DNA from: Patescibacteria group bacterium
GTDB taxonomy: Bacteria > Patescibacteriota > Minisyncoccia > Phycocordibacterales > Phycocordibacteraceae
Direction: 5' to 3'
Length of the DNA stretch: 60,922 nt
Assembly: GCA_030837225.1 (NCBI GenBank)
Contig: JAUPKX010000014.1
Location: 1-60,922, forward strand
The position numbers were made by a program, and so were the translations under genes. This document shows, piece after piece, positions 48,989-58,920 of this stretch. Below the pieces are notes generated by a model. It did not search any database. It saw nothing but the letters and a program-made list of their open reading frames with translations, and was not told the origin of the DNA. Position 1 is the first letter of the stretch. Each line of letters opens with the position of its first letter.

Positions 48989-50581
48989 CTACTTAGACTT
49001 CTTTACACGCTTTTCTTTTTTTGGCTTCGCACTCTCTGGGTGCGGACGTGCACGGTCTCCTGCATCGAGCGTTGCGCGTATGTGCCGCCGTGCCATGCTT
49101 GTGCGCGCATAATCCATCCACTTTGCGGTTGGATGTGCAGACTTTGATTTGAGTATTTCTATAATGTCTCCATTTCTGAGTTTTGTATCAAAGGAGACGA
49201 GTTTGCTATTTACTTTTGCTCCTTGCATATGGTCTCCAAGGTCGCTGTGTATGGCATAGGCAAAATCAATCGGTGTTGATTCGGTTGGGAGATCGATAAC
49301 ATCTCCAATTGGTGTGAAAACGAAAATGCGATGCGAGAAGAAATCACTCTTAAGTCCCTCAACGAATTCGTCCGACTCAACCTCTGCGTGCGCCTCCTTT
49401 AGGTCCGTAAGCCATCGAGGTACGTCCCCTGCAGCAAGTGCCGCTTTCTGGTTAGTTGCAACCGGGCGCTTTAGGTTAAGAAGAGCCGGGACAAGGTCCT
49501 TGATCCACGGGAAGGAAAGTCTCTGGAACGCATTCTTGTTTGCGCCCTTCGCGAGTGACTTGTATGACATGTGTGAGGCGATACCAAACTGCGCTCGCTG
49601 ATGCATATCCTTGGTACGCACCTGCATCTCAACGATACCCGCGTCGCCCGTTACAACAGTGGTGTGCAGGGACTGGTACCCGTTAGGTTTTGGAAAGGAT
49701 ATGTAATCCTTGAATTCGCCCGGGAGAGGCTTCCAGAGGGCGTGTATAACCCCGAGTGCGGTGTAGCAGTCGTCAACGGTAGGTACGAGCACACGTAGTG
49801 CCGCGATGTCGTGAATACGGGTTATGTCGTCTCCTTTACGCTTCAGCTTCTGGTGCAGACTCCAAAGCCCCTTTGTGCGTATAGAGGTTGAGAAGTCCTT
49901 CACCTCCTTTCGTGCGAGCGCATGACGCAAGTCCTTTTGAACGCGTATGAGTCCGGCCTCGGTCTCCTTGTTGTTAAGCTTTCGTACTTCAAGCGCGTGC
50001 TGGTATGCATCAGGGTCGATGGCGGGGAACGCGAGATCCTCAAGTTCCTTCTTAAGGGATCCCATACCAAGACGGTCGGCGATTGGGGCAAATATTTCGA
50101 GTGTCTCAAGTGCAATGCGTTTCCGTTTTTCCTCGGGCACGTGCTCGAGGGTTGTCATGTTGTGGTAGCGGTCTGCGAGCTTAATGATGAGGACGCGCAC
50201 GTCAGCAGACGTTGCAACAAGAAGTCGTCTTAGGGACTCTGCGTGCCGCTCGCCACCTTGATACTTGTGTTGGCCAAGTTTCGTTACGCCTTCCACGAGA
50301 AAAAGAACCTCGGCACCCAGTTCTTTTTCAACCTCCTCAGGAGTTATTCCGACATCCTCAATCGCGTCATGAAGAAGGGCGGCAGCAACGGTGGGAGCGT
50401 CCATACCGAGTTCTGCAAGGTGCTTCGCAACTGCCGCAGGATGTATAAAAAAAGGCTCGCCCGAATAGCGGGTATGGTCTTTGTGAGCGCTCTGGCCAAA
50501 TGCATACGCCTTCTCGATTAGTGTCTCGTCCTCAGGAGTGAGGACGCTCATTTGCGCGAGTATCTCCTTAGCAGTAGTCAC
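48989..50581 (-). CDS. rel: bifunctional (p)ppGpp synthetase/hydrolase (RelA/SpoT homolog, no ACT domain)
   Basis: HD hydrolase domain (HPAAVA..LLHDAIED), RelA_SpoT synthetase domain (YKSLH-like GYQSLHTTV) and TGS domain (VFTPIGDVIDLP). GTG start with TATCCT 6 nt upstream. Confidence 0.88.
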   Translation of the reverse strand: MTTAKEILAQMSVLTPEDETLIEKAYAFGQSAHKDHTRYSGEPFFIHPAAVAKHLAELGMDAPTVAAALLHDAIEDVGITPEEVEKELGAEVLFLVEGVTKLGQHKYQGGERHAESLRRLLVATSADVRVLIIKLADRYHNMTTLEHVPEEKRKRIALETLEIFAPIADRLGMGSLKKELEDLAFPAIDPDAYQHALEVRKLNNKETEAGLIRVQKDLRHALARKEVKDFSTSIRTKGLWSLHQKLKRKGDDITRIHDIAALRVLVPTVDDCYTALGVIHALWKPLPGEFKDYISFPKPNGYQSLHTTVVTGDAGIVEMQVRTKDMHQRAQFGIASHMSYKSLAKGANKNAFQRLSFPWIKDLVPALLNLKRPVATNQKAALAAGDVPRWLTDLKEAHAEVESDEFVEGLKSDFFSHRIFVFTPIGDVIDLPTESTPIDFAYAIHSDLGDHMQGAKVNSKLVSFDTKLRNGDIIEILKSKSAHPTAKWMDYARTSMARRHIRATLDAGDRARPHPESAKPKKEKRVKKSK

Positions 50582-50617
50582 TGGCTTAGGATACTGCTGT
50601 AACGGAGATGCAGCAAA

Positions 50618-53005
50618 CTATTTCAAATACTCAGCTGCCTCAAGCGGCGTTAGTGCATCCGCGTCCTGACTCTCGGGCAAGTAGATGCGACGAAGCCCTT
50701 TCTTTAAGAAGAGACCCGCCTTCGACTTGTAAAGCGTCAGTGTCTTTCCGGTCTTCGGGTGCTTGCCGATCTCGCGCACGAGGTCGACTCCTTTTGGAGG
50801 ACGCTTTGGCTCTGCAAGAATTTCTATCGCTCTATCAAGCGTAACGGTGTAGGGCTCGTCTGCGCCTTTGAGCGAACGGAACTCGCCATCATGCCCGATG
50901 TACGGACCGAACCTGCCTACGTTCGCAATAACCGGCTTTCCGGTTCCTGGATGGTTTCCGAGGTCGCGAGGAAGGGAAAGGAAGTGGAGTGCATCAGCAA
51001 GTGTAACGGAAGAGAGATCCGTTCCTGGCGGGATACTTGCGCGCTTCATCGCCTTCTTTGGGCGCCCACGCACTTTCTTTGGCTTGCCTGTTTTTGTGAG
51101 CTCAACCGGTGCTTCAACTTCTGGAAGCTCCATTTCGACATACGGTCCGTACCGTCCCGTCTTTACATATATAGGAGCGCCGGTAACAGGATCTGTTCCG
51201 ATTGGCTCGTCGCCCTTGAGCTCAAGGCCGTCTTCCTGGCGTGCGCCTTCGCATTCGGGGTAGCGCGTACAGCTCATGAACACACCGCCGCGTCCGAGCT
51301 TGAACTCCATAGCGGCGCCACACGTAGGGCATGGAAACTCTTCTGGTACGGGACCAAGTGAGGTTGCTTTTGGAAGCTTGTCTTTAGAAGCAACTGCTTT
51401 TGAGAACGGTCCGTAGAAGTCGGTAAGTGTTGCTTCGTACCCACGCTCGCCGCGTGCGATCTCGTCGAGTTCATCCTCCATCTCGGCGGTAAACGAATCA
51501 GAAATGTATTCAGCAAAATGTTCCTCAAGCCATCCCGAAACAACCATACCCGTTGCAGTTGGGGTAAGGGTGCGTCCCGTCTTCTCCACGTAGCCACGAT
51601 CTTGAATGGTCTTCATGATGCTCGCGTAGGTAGACGGCCTGCCGATGCCTCGCTTCTCAAGTTCTTTAACAAGACCTGCCTCGGTATAGCGGTTTGGCGG
51701 CTCTGTCTGCTTCTCAAGCGAGCCGAGCGAGATAAGGGTAAGAGGCTCTCCTTCGTTTAGTTTCGGTAGCTCAACATCTTCGCCACGCGCGCGAGTGTCA
51801 CATGCGAGCCATCCGGGGAACACGACGCGCGATCCGTTTCCGGAGAAGAGCGGGATATCAGCATCTGCCCTTGCCTTAACGCTCGTGCGGAGCATTTGCG
51901 CGGGCTTCATCTGGCTTGCGAGTGCGCGGGTGCGAATGAGTGCATAGAGGTTCTGCTCGTCTCCGGTAGCACCGGCTGTTTGACGTGCTGGGTCGGTTGG
52001 ACGCACGGCCTCGTGTGCCTCCTGTGCGTTCTTGCTCTTAGTCTTATATTCATGTCTTTCAGCATAGTCTTTGCCGAATTCTTTTTCGACAGTTTGCACG
52101 AGAACGGAAATTGCATCTTTAGAAAGATTCACCGAGTCAGTACGCATGTAGGTAATGTGTCCGGCCTCGTAAAGTTTTTGTGCTGCACGCATCGTGCGGC
52201 TTGGAGAAAGTCCAAGACGAGTAGAGCCTGCCTGCTGCAGTGTTGACGTCGTAAACGGAGGGCGAGGCTGACGCTCTTCGGCGCGTTCCTTCACTTCCGC
52301 AACGGTCCAGGACGCGGTACGACCAAGCGTTACAATGCGCTCTGCTTCTTCTGTGGTCTTCGGTTCCTCAACACAACTGGCAGGGAACTCTGTCTTAGCT
52401 TGTTTAGTATCAGCCTTAAAGACTGCATCAAGGGTGAAGTAGGTTTCCGGAATGAATGCTTTGATCTCACGCTCACGCTCAGCAAGGATACGAAGTGCCG
52501 GGGACTGCACACGGCCTGCGGATAGACCGTATCGCACTTTCTTCCAGATGAGACCGGAGAGGTCATACCCTACGAGGCGATCGAGCACGCGACGTGCTTC
52601 TTGCGCGCGACGAAGGTGTTCGTCAATGGCGCGTGGATGGAGAAGTGCCTCTTCAACTGCCGCTTTGGTGATTTCATGGAAGACCACGCGCTGCGGCTTC
52701 TTTAATCCAACCGCCTCCTTTACGTGCCAGGCAATAGCCTCACCTTCGCGGTCCGGGTCAGTTGCAAGAAATACCTCGTCTGCGCGAGCGGCTGCTTTCT
52801 GTATTTTCTCGATAACCTCACGCTTGTCTGGAGAGATAACGTAGCGAGGAACGAAGCCATCCTCAATGTCGACCGCGTCCTTATTGCTCTTTGGTAGGTC
52901 GCGAACATGGCCCACAGAGGCAAGCACCTCGTAATCCTTTCCGAGGTACTGCTGTATGGTTCGCGCCTTCGCAGGCGACTCAACGATGAGGAGTCTCTTT
53001 GTCAT
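50618..53005 (-). CDS. topA: DNA topoisomerase I
   Basis: TOPRIM segment LLIVESPAKA, catalytic GHITYMRTDS region and C-terminal Zn-ribbon-like repeats (CPTCGA..). Confidence 0.95.
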   Translation of the reverse strand: MTKRLLIVESPAKARTIQQYLGKDYEVLASVGHVRDLPKSNKDAVDIEDGFVPRYVISPDKREVIEKIQKAAARADEVFLATDPDREGEAIAWHVKEAVGLKKPQRVVFHEITKAAVEEALLHPRAIDEHLRRAQEARRVLDRLVGYDLSGLIWKKVRYGLSAGRVQSPALRILAEREREIKAFIPETYFTLDAVFKADTKQAKTEFPASCVEEPKTTEEAERIVTLGRTASWTVAEVKERAEERQPRPPFTTSTLQQAGSTRLGLSPSRTMRAAQKLYEAGHITYMRTDSVNLSKDAISVLVQTVEKEFGKDYAERHEYKTKSKNAQEAHEAVRPTDPARQTAGATGDEQNLYALIRTRALASQMKPAQMLRTSVKARADADIPLFSGNGSRVVFPGWLACDTRARGEDVELPKLNEGEPLTLISLGSLEKQTEPPNRYTEAGLVKELEKRGIGRPSTYASIMKTIQDRGYVEKTGRTLTPTATGMVVSGWLEEHFAEYISDSFTAEMEDELDEIARGERGYEATLTDFYGPFSKAVASKDKLPKATSLGPVPEEFPCPTCGAAMEFKLGRGGVFMSCTRYPECEGARQEDGLELKGDEPIGTDPVTGAPIYVKTGRYGPYVEMELPEVEAPVELTKTGKPKKVRGRPKKAMKRASIPPGTDLSSVTLADALHFLSLPRDLGNHPGTGKPVIANVGRFGPYIGHDGEFRSLKGADEPYTVTLDRAIEILAEPKRPPKGVDLVREIGKHPKTGKTLTLYKSKAGLFLKKGLRRIYLPESQDADALTPLEAAEYLK

Positions 53006-53042
53006 GCGTATCTCAACACATACCGCGCATACCTATATATGG

Positions 53043-53729
53043 TCAAGCACCCAGAGTGTGTGAAGGCTCGAAACCGAGCGTCTCAAGGATATCGTCGGGG
53101 CCCGTTATGAGCTCTGCACCTAGTCGTATGAACAGGTGCGGGCCTTCGCTATTAACGTCGCCAATGCGGTGCGGTACGCACATAAGGTCCCGACTGTACT
53201 CGCTCGCGAGACGGGCGGTTATAAGTGTACCTGAGCGTTCGCCGGCTTCGATAACTAAGACCGCGTCAGCCAAGCCAACCATAATGCGATTCCTTGAAGG
53301 GAAGTACTGTGGGCGCGCTGTGGTACCCGGCTCGTGTTCCGAGAGAAGTGCTCCGCCAGCGAGAAGAATCTCCTTGGCGAGTCCGAGGTTTGTCTGTGGC
53401 GCTATGACCTTATCGCTAAGTCCGGATCCCGGAATAGCTATGGTGTGAAGTCCAGCTTTGAGTGCTGCGCGATGTGCACAGGCATCAGTGCCAAGCGCGA
53501 GTCCAGAGACAATCGAGATAGGGAAGCCAGTTAGTCCTTGAATGAGTTTTTCACATATCTCCTCTCCATACGGGGTGAGTGCACGTGAGCCGACAACCAC
53601 GAGCTTCTTTATGTCCTTTGAAGGAAGCGTTCCTCGTATCCATAACGCTTCTGGTGGCTGAGGTATCTCAGTAAGTGCGCCGATGCCTTCTTTACCGTAT
53701 GCGCCCTGCACGATTGTGCGGATGTCCAT
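53043..53729 (-). CDS. dprA: DNA-processing protein DprA (Rossmann core only)
   Basis: SGLALGTDACAHRAAL, IAIPGSGL and SGTLITAR motifs of the DprA/Smf core. Confidence 0.85.
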   Translation of the reverse strand: MDIRTIVQGAYGKEGIGALTEIPQPPEALWIRGTLPSKDIKKLVVVGSRALTPYGEEICEKLIQGLTGFPISIVSGLALGTDACAHRAALKAGLHTIAIPGSGLSDKVIAPQTNLGLAKEILLAGGALLSEHEPGTTARPQYFPSRNRIMVGLADAVLVIEAGERSGTLITARLASEYSRDLMCVPHRIGDVNSEGPHLFIRLGAELITGPDDILETLGFEPSHTLGA

Positions 53730-53798
53730 ACCTATTAGTATGCGGCACGTATACAGCTGAAAAGGGGCGCGGCGGTATAACCGACACGCCCCTTGCGT

Positions 53799-53972
53799 TC
53801 AACGCCGCGCGCTGCGTGGAAACGCACTTCTCCCTGCAGAGAGTCTCTGCGAACAGAGAACCAGTTCTTTCTCTTCAGGAGGCAGTGCCATGAATCCGGC
53901 AGCACTTTGACTCAGTAACCGGTCGAAGGCGGGATCCTTGTTCTCTATGAGCGTCATTCTCTTGCTACCCAT
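53799..53972 (-). CDS. candidate 57 aa protein, hypothetical
   Basis: Below the track cutoff. MGSKRMTLIENKDPAFDRLLSQSAAGFMALPPEEKELVLCSQRLSAGRSAFPRSARR. GAAAGGA with a 6 nt spacer before the ATG. GC hairpin plus TTTT lies downstream at about 53763-53795. Confidence 0.3.
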   Translation of the reverse strand: MGSKRMTLIENKDPAFDRLLSQSAAGFMALPPEEKELVLCSQRLSAGRSAFPRSARR

Positions 53973-54058
53973 CAGCTATCCTTTCCGAGCAAGCTTCTGA
54001 GGAAAAGATACCATGTACCGACTTTTCGCTCAGGGCATCCTGCCGTATAGTGCAAGGA

Positions 54059-55327
54059 ATGCTAGATATCCATTTCATCCGGGAGAATGCGGACGTAATT
54101 AAGATGGGCGCCGCTAAGAAGCACCTCGATATAGACATCGACCGTCTCCTTGCGGTTGACGATGAGCGCAAGTCGCTTCGGCAGCAGCTTGACGCTAAGC
54201 GCGCGGAACAGAACCTTGCGAGCCGTACCATAGCGCTTTCAAGTGGGGAGGAAAAAGACAAGCTCCTAGAGGCCATGCGCTTCGTTAAGGAAGGGATGCA
54301 AGAACTTGATGAGAAGCACAAGACTGTCATGGAGGAGTGGCAGAAGCTCATGCTCATGGTCCCGAACATTCCGGACATGACCGTGCCGGAAGGCGAGAGT
54401 GATGCGGACAATCAGGAAGTGAAGACGTGGGGTGAACCAAAGGAGTTCTCATTCACACCCAAGGACCATGTTGAGCTAATGACGAAAGCGGGTATGGCGG
54501 ACTTTGAACGTGGTACCAAGGTCGCCGGATTCCGTGGATATTTCCTCAAGGGAGACGGCGTCCTTCTCAGTAACGCAATCTGGCAGCTTGCACTAAAGCA
54601 CTTTGCAGCGAAAGGTCTTGAACCCATGATTGTGCCGTCCTTGGTTCGCCGCGAAGCGTTCATGGGAACGGGGTACTTGCCACAAGGGGAAGAGGATCTC
54701 TATAAGACACAGGATGGTGAGTATCTTGCCGGCACTGCTGAGGTTGCAACCATGGGGTACTACATGGATGAGACCTTGGACAAGAGTGTGCTCCCAGCAA
54801 AGTTCCTCTCGTTCTCTCCGTGCTTTAGGCGTGAGGCAGGGGCGCACGGGAAGGATGTGCGTGGTCTCATCCGTGTGCACGAGTTTTATAAGTGGGAGCA
54901 GGTTGTTCTGTGTGAGGCATCACATGAGGAATCCGTAAAGACGCATGAGTGGTTGAATCGCAATACCGAGGAGTTCATCGAGTTACTTAATATTCCGTAC
55001 CACACGGTGGTTAACTGCGGCGGAGATCTCGGTCTCGGGCAGGTGAAGAAGTACGACATTGAGCTCTGGGTACCGGGCGAAGGCAAGTATCGCGAGATTA
55101 GTTCTGCTTCGTATTTCCATGATTTCCAAACCAGGCGTCTCAACATCCGCTACCGTGCTGAGGATGGCACCATGAAGTTCCCGCACTCATTGAACTCAAC
55201 CGCCATACCAACACCGCGTATCCTCGTCTCTATCGTTGAGAACTATCAGCAGGAGGACGGCACGATTCGCGTTCCTGAAGTACTTGTTCCGTATGTCGGC
55301 AAAGAAATCCTGGGACATAGCGCCTAG
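54059..55327 (+). CDS. serS: seryl-tRNA synthetase
   Basis: N-terminal coiled-coil arm (MLDIHFIREN) and class II motifs (FRRE, GLIRVHEF, GGDLGLGQ.. SASYFHDFQTRR). TATAGT lies 7 nt upstream of ATG 54059. Confidence 0.93.
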   Translation: MLDIHFIRENADVIKMGAAKKHLDIDIDRLLAVDDERKSLRQQLDAKRAEQNLASRTIALSSGEEKDKLLEAMRFVKEGMQELDEKHKTVMEEWQKLMLMVPNIPDMTVPEGESDADNQEVKTWGEPKEFSFTPKDHVELMTKAGMADFERGTKVAGFRGYFLKGDGVLLSNAIWQLALKHFAAKGLEPMIVPSLVRREAFMGTGYLPQGEEDLYKTQDGEYLAGTAEVATMGYYMDETLDKSVLPAKFLSFSPCFRREAGAHGKDVRGLIRVHEFYKWEQVVLCEASHEESVKTHEWLNRNTEEFIELLNIPYHTVVNCGGDLGLGQVKKYDIELWVPGEGKYREISSASYFHDFQTRRLNIRYRAEDGTMKFPHSLNSTAIPTPRILVSIVENYQQEDGTIRVPEVLVPYVGKEILGHSA

Positions 55328-55385
55328 AGCGCGCACAAAGCCAAGCGAACCTGCGAAGACATCCTCTTCGCAGGTGGCTCGTTCT

Positions 55386-56297
55386 ATGGACATGCAGCGG
55401 CCGCGCGCTAAGACGCCAGCTACGTCTATTCCGGTATCGAAACGCAACGTGACGATTACACGAGGCAAGAAACCCCGTACTGAATCACGCGAGCCACTCA
55501 AGAAGCGTCGTAAGAAGACGCAGAAGGCTTTTTTCGTCGTTGTGGGTGTTCTGGTATTCGCCCTCATTGCTGCCTTCTTCTATGTCGCATGGCTCCCTGC
55601 GTTTCGTATTAGTAGTGTAACGATGAGCGGTCCGCATGCCGAGGAAGCGAAGCTTTTTGTAGAGCGCACGCTCGAGGGCACTCATGCGTTTGTCCTCCCG
55701 CGCAACTCGCTGTTCTTTATCCCAGAGAGTGATGTTCGTGCACGCATACTCGCTGAGTATCCGGATATCGAAGCGGTATCTATTTCTGCCACCAGCTTGC
55801 ATGAGCTTTCTATAACTACACTGCCGCGTGCAGAAGCATTCGTCTGGTGCGGTACGTCTTCGGACGTTACTGACGGACAGTGTTATAGCGCCAACGCTGA
55901 GGGACTCATCTTTGCGCCCGTACCGCTCGAAGTCTCCTCAACCTCTGAAGCACTTCGCATATATGCAGCCATAGAAGGCCAGAAGGGTGAGACACCTGTT
56001 ACAGCGCGCATAAGTTATGCGTCTCGAATACCTGAGGCGCTCCGGTTTATCAAAGCTATACAGACACTGGGAGCGAACGTTGTATCAGTATCGTTCCGTG
56101 CAGATGAGGCAGATCTCTTTACAGAGGCTGGTACACGCATAACGTACGTTCTCGGTCGCGAGCAAGAAGCGGCAGGTATAGCGGCGAGCGTATTCCCGCA
56201 GTTATCCCTAAATGATGGATCTGTCTCCTATCTGGATCTACGGTTCTCCGGGAAAGCGTATTTCAAGAGAGCGAATGAAGTGCCTGTAGAGCAATAA
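55386..56297 (+). CDS. ftsQ: FtsQ/DivIB-like cell-division protein (basic N-terminus, TM, POTRA-like); start uncertain
   Basis: Basic N-terminal tail, TM segment FFVVVGVLVFALIAAFFYVAWL, then FRISSVTMSGPHAEEAKLFVERTLEG (POTRA-like). The track start at 55236 overlaps serS. Confidence 0.5.
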   Translation: MDMQRPRAKTPATSIPVSKRNVTITRGKKPRTESREPLKKRRKKTQKAFFVVVGVLVFALIAAFFYVAWLPAFRISSVTMSGPHAEEAKLFVERTLEGTHAFVLPRNSLFFIPESDVRARILAEYPDIEAVSISATSLHELSITTLPRAEAFVWCGTSSDVTDGQCYSANAEGLIFAPVPLEVSSTSEALRIYAAIEGQKGETPVTARISYASRIPEALRFIKAIQTLGANVVSVSFRADEADLFTEAGTRITYVLGREQEAAGIAASVFPQLSLNDGSVSYLDLRFSGKAYFKRANEVPVEQ

Positions 56298-56333
56298 AAA
56301 TTCCGGCGCAGAGAGGTAAGTCTCATGCGCCGG

Positions 56334-56816
56334 TTAGGTTTTCTTTGCAGGGCTGGGGACGAGTCCGTGTTTTTGTATGAATCTGCGATGCAGACCCAAA
56401 AAGTTTTTCATCTGGTGGTACTCGGAGAATTTGAAGAGGCGAACTTCCTCCATCCGATCAAGCGAGCGTAGCGTTGAGATGTCGTAGTCTTCGAGCTCAA
56501 TGACGAAATAATAGAGCTCGTAGAAATGCTTCTGCTTTATCCGTTGTTCCTTCTGGTACTTGAGTGTTGACCGAGAGATACGGTCCTGCACTTTGAAGGC
56601 ACCCGGAGGTAGCTTGATTCCTGTCTCTTCCCAGAGCTCGCGCGATGCGGTCTCTTCTACAGAAAGCTCGTATGGTTCCCGCTTTCCCCCGGGATTGTGC
56701 CAAGGTCCCAGCGTGCCGTCTTTTCTCCGTTTACGTACAGCAACGAGGCCACCTCCAATTCTCATGAAGATGGCGACTGACCAGTCGAACGGTTCGGTCA
56801 CGACGCACTCCTTCAC
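56334..56816 (-). CDS. Nudix hydrolase
   Basis: Complete Nudix box GGKREPYELSVEETASRELWEETGI. GTG start. Confidence 0.8.
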   Translation of the reverse strand: MKECVVTEPFDWSVAIFMRIGGGLVAVRKRRKDGTLGPWHNPGGKREPYELSVEETASRELWEETGIKLPPGAFKVQDRISRSTLKYQKEQRIKQKHFYELYYFVIELEDYDISTLRSLDRMEEVRLFKFSEYHQMKNFLGLHRRFIQKHGLVPSPAKKT

Positions 56817-56905
56817 TATGCTGTCCCGAAGTGGAACATCTGATGAAACTTTACTCCTGCCGTTCTATATTGTCGAATAAAGCTAGGAACGGTAGGATAG
56901 CGCGT

Positions 56906-57880
56906 ATGGAATCGTTCTGGACCGGGCTCTCGAAGCCTTTTTTTGTACTTGCGCCTATGGCGGATGTGACGGACGCTGCCTACCGGAAACTTATCGCCAA
57001 CAAGGGGAAGCCGCATGTAACGTGGACGGAGTTTGTCTCAGCTGATGGTCTGTACTACACCCGCGAAAAGAAGGGCATCCCGGACCAGGAGAACCCACTG
57101 ATGCGTGATCTTCAGTTTACGGATGCAGAGCGCCCTATCGTTGCGCAGCTCTTTTCCTCGAACCCCGAGACCATGAGCTATGCCTCGAAGCTCTGCAAAG
57201 AACTTGGGTTCGATGGTATCGACATAAACATGGGGTGTCCTGACAAATCTATTGAGAAGCAGGGATGTGGTGCGGCGATGATAAAGAATCCTGAGAAGGC
57301 GCGCGAGATAATCGCTGCTGCACGCGAAGCGGGACTGCCGGTCTCCGTTAAGACCCGCATCGGCTACAACACGGAAAGTATCGACGAGTGGATCGCGATA
57401 CTCCTTGGAGAGAATCTTCCGGCGTTAACGGTTCATTTACGAACTCGGAAGGAGATGTCGAACGTACCAGCACACTGGGATCTTATGCCGAGGATTGTGG
57501 CACTGCGCGACAGCATCGCGCCTCAAACCCGCACTGTCGGGAACGGCGACGTCGTTGATCTTAAGGACGCAGAAGAGAAGGTTAGTGCCAGCGGCTGCGA
57601 CGCGGCTATGATTGGACGCGGTATCTTCGGTAACCCGTGGGTATTTGCGGGACGCTCAATTGATGACACCACCCCCAAGGAGCGTCTTGAGGCTCTCATA
57701 GAGTTTGCATATGCTTTTGAAGCGATGCGGCCAGCTAAATCCTTCCACCTGGTCCGCAAGCACGTGAAAGCGTTTGCGACTGGCTTTGAGGGCGCTGCTG
57801 ATCTCCGTGCGAAGCTTATGGAAACCAGTTCTGCAGCCGCTATGGAGGAGGTGCTCCGCGAGCATGTGCTCCTGGTATAA
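56906..57880 (+). CDS. dus: tRNA-dihydrouridine synthase
   Basis: FVLAPMADVTD, GFDGIDINMGCP and VKTRIG motifs. Start moved to MESFW, with TAGGAT 7 nt upstream. Confidence 0.88.
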   Translation: MESFWTGLSKPFFVLAPMADVTDAAYRKLIANKGKPHVTWTEFVSADGLYYTREKKGIPDQENPLMRDLQFTDAERPIVAQLFSSNPETMSYASKLCKELGFDGIDINMGCPDKSIEKQGCGAAMIKNPEKAREIIAAAREAGLPVSVKTRIGYNTESIDEWIAILLGENLPALTVHLRTRKEMSNVPAHWDLMPRIVALRDSIAPQTRTVGNGDVVDLKDAEEKVSASGCDAAMIGRGIFGNPWVFAGRSIDDTTPKERLEALIEFAYAFEAMRPAKSFHLVRKHVKAFATGFEGAADLRAKLMETSSAAAMEEVLREHVLLV

Positions 57881-57881
57881 T
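57874..57881 (+). promoter_or_regulatory. extended -10 box (TGgTATAAT) 7 nt upstream of the dnaX ATG, overlapping the dus stop codon
   Basis: ctGGTATAATcggtactATG. Confidence 0.5.
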
Positions 57882-57888
57882 CGGTACT

Positions 57889-58920
57889 ATGGCACATCAG
57901 TCCCTCTATCGCGCATATCGCCCCGCTACATTCAAGGATGTTATTGGGCAGGACCAGGTAGTGGCACCACTTGAGGAACAGATCGCAAGTGGGAAGGTGG
58001 GGCATGCATATCTCTTTGCAGGCTCACGGGGTCTCGGCAAGACGTCTATCGCGCGCATATTCGCGCGTGCGCTTAAAACAGACGAACGAGACATCGTTGA
58101 GCTTGATGCCGCATCTAATAATGGTGTAGACGAAGTGCGTGCGTTAAATGAGAGCGTGCATACGCTTCCCTATAACTCTGAACGAAAGGTCTATATCCTG
58201 GACGAGGCCCACATGCTCTCGAAGAGTGCTTGGAATGCATTTCTGAAGACACTTGAGGAGCCGCCTGCGCATGTCGTTATTATTCTTGCAACTACCGAAC
58301 TTGAGAAAGTGCCAGAAACCGTTCGCTCTCGCTGCCAGGTATTTCAGTTCAAGAAGCCAACGCGTGCTGGGCTTGCGAAGCTTGTGCTTGGTGTAGGGAA
58401 GAAGGAAGGCTACGTTATTGAACCCGCGGCAGCTGATCTTATTGGTATGCTCGGGGACGGCTCGTATCGCGACGCGCTCTCGGTGCTTGAGAAGGCACTT
58501 GCCTCAAGCACGGACAAGAAACTTACGCGCGAGGACGCAGAGAAAGCAACGGGTGCCCCCCGCCACGCACTTGTGCACGGACTAGTGTCGGCCCTTTCTG
58601 AGGGGAATGAAGCGAATGCGCTTAGTACAATCCGCACGGTCTCAGAGCAGGGTATTGATATGCCGCTCTATCTAACTCTAGTGCTCGAGTACGTACGGCA
58701 GGTGCTCCTGCTCCGTTACGCGCCAGAGCTCGTGAAAGAGATTCAAGAGGAGCTCGGCGAGGATGCATATACCGAAGCTTCAAATCTCGCAGCATCTAAG
58801 GATTCACGCTTGTCGCACGAAACGCTCCGTACGTTCCTTGATGCGGCAGGACGTATGCGTTTCTCTCCGGTACCGTCGCTACCTCTCGAGCTCGCTGTTC
58901 TTGAGCTCGCGCGCTCATAA
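57889..58920 (+). CDS. dnaX: DNA polymerase III gamma/tau subunit (short form)
   Basis: GSRGLGKTS Walker A, ILDEAHML Walker B and SRC sensor motifs. Confidence 0.9.
   Translation: MAHQSLYRAYRPATFKDVIGQDQVVAPLEEQIASGKVGHAYLFAGSRGLGKTSIARIFARALKTDERDIVELDAASNNGVDEVRALNESVHTLPYNSERKVYILDEAHMLSKSAWNAFLKTLEEPPAHVVIILATTELEKVPETVRSRCQVFQFKKPTRAGLAKLVLGVGKKEGYVIEPAAADLIGMLGDGSYRDALSVLEKALASSTDKKLTREDAEKATGAPRHALVHGLVSALSEGNEANALSTIRTVSEQGIDMPLYLTLVLEYVRQVLLLRYAPELVKEIQEELGEDAYTEASNLAASKDSRLSHETLRTFLDAAGRMRFSPVPSLPLELAVLELARS

Noticed and set aside
55236-55385. Upstream part of the FtsQ-like ORF
   Set aside because: It would overlap the last 90 nt of serS. The first in-frame Met after the serS stop is used, but the start remains uncertain.
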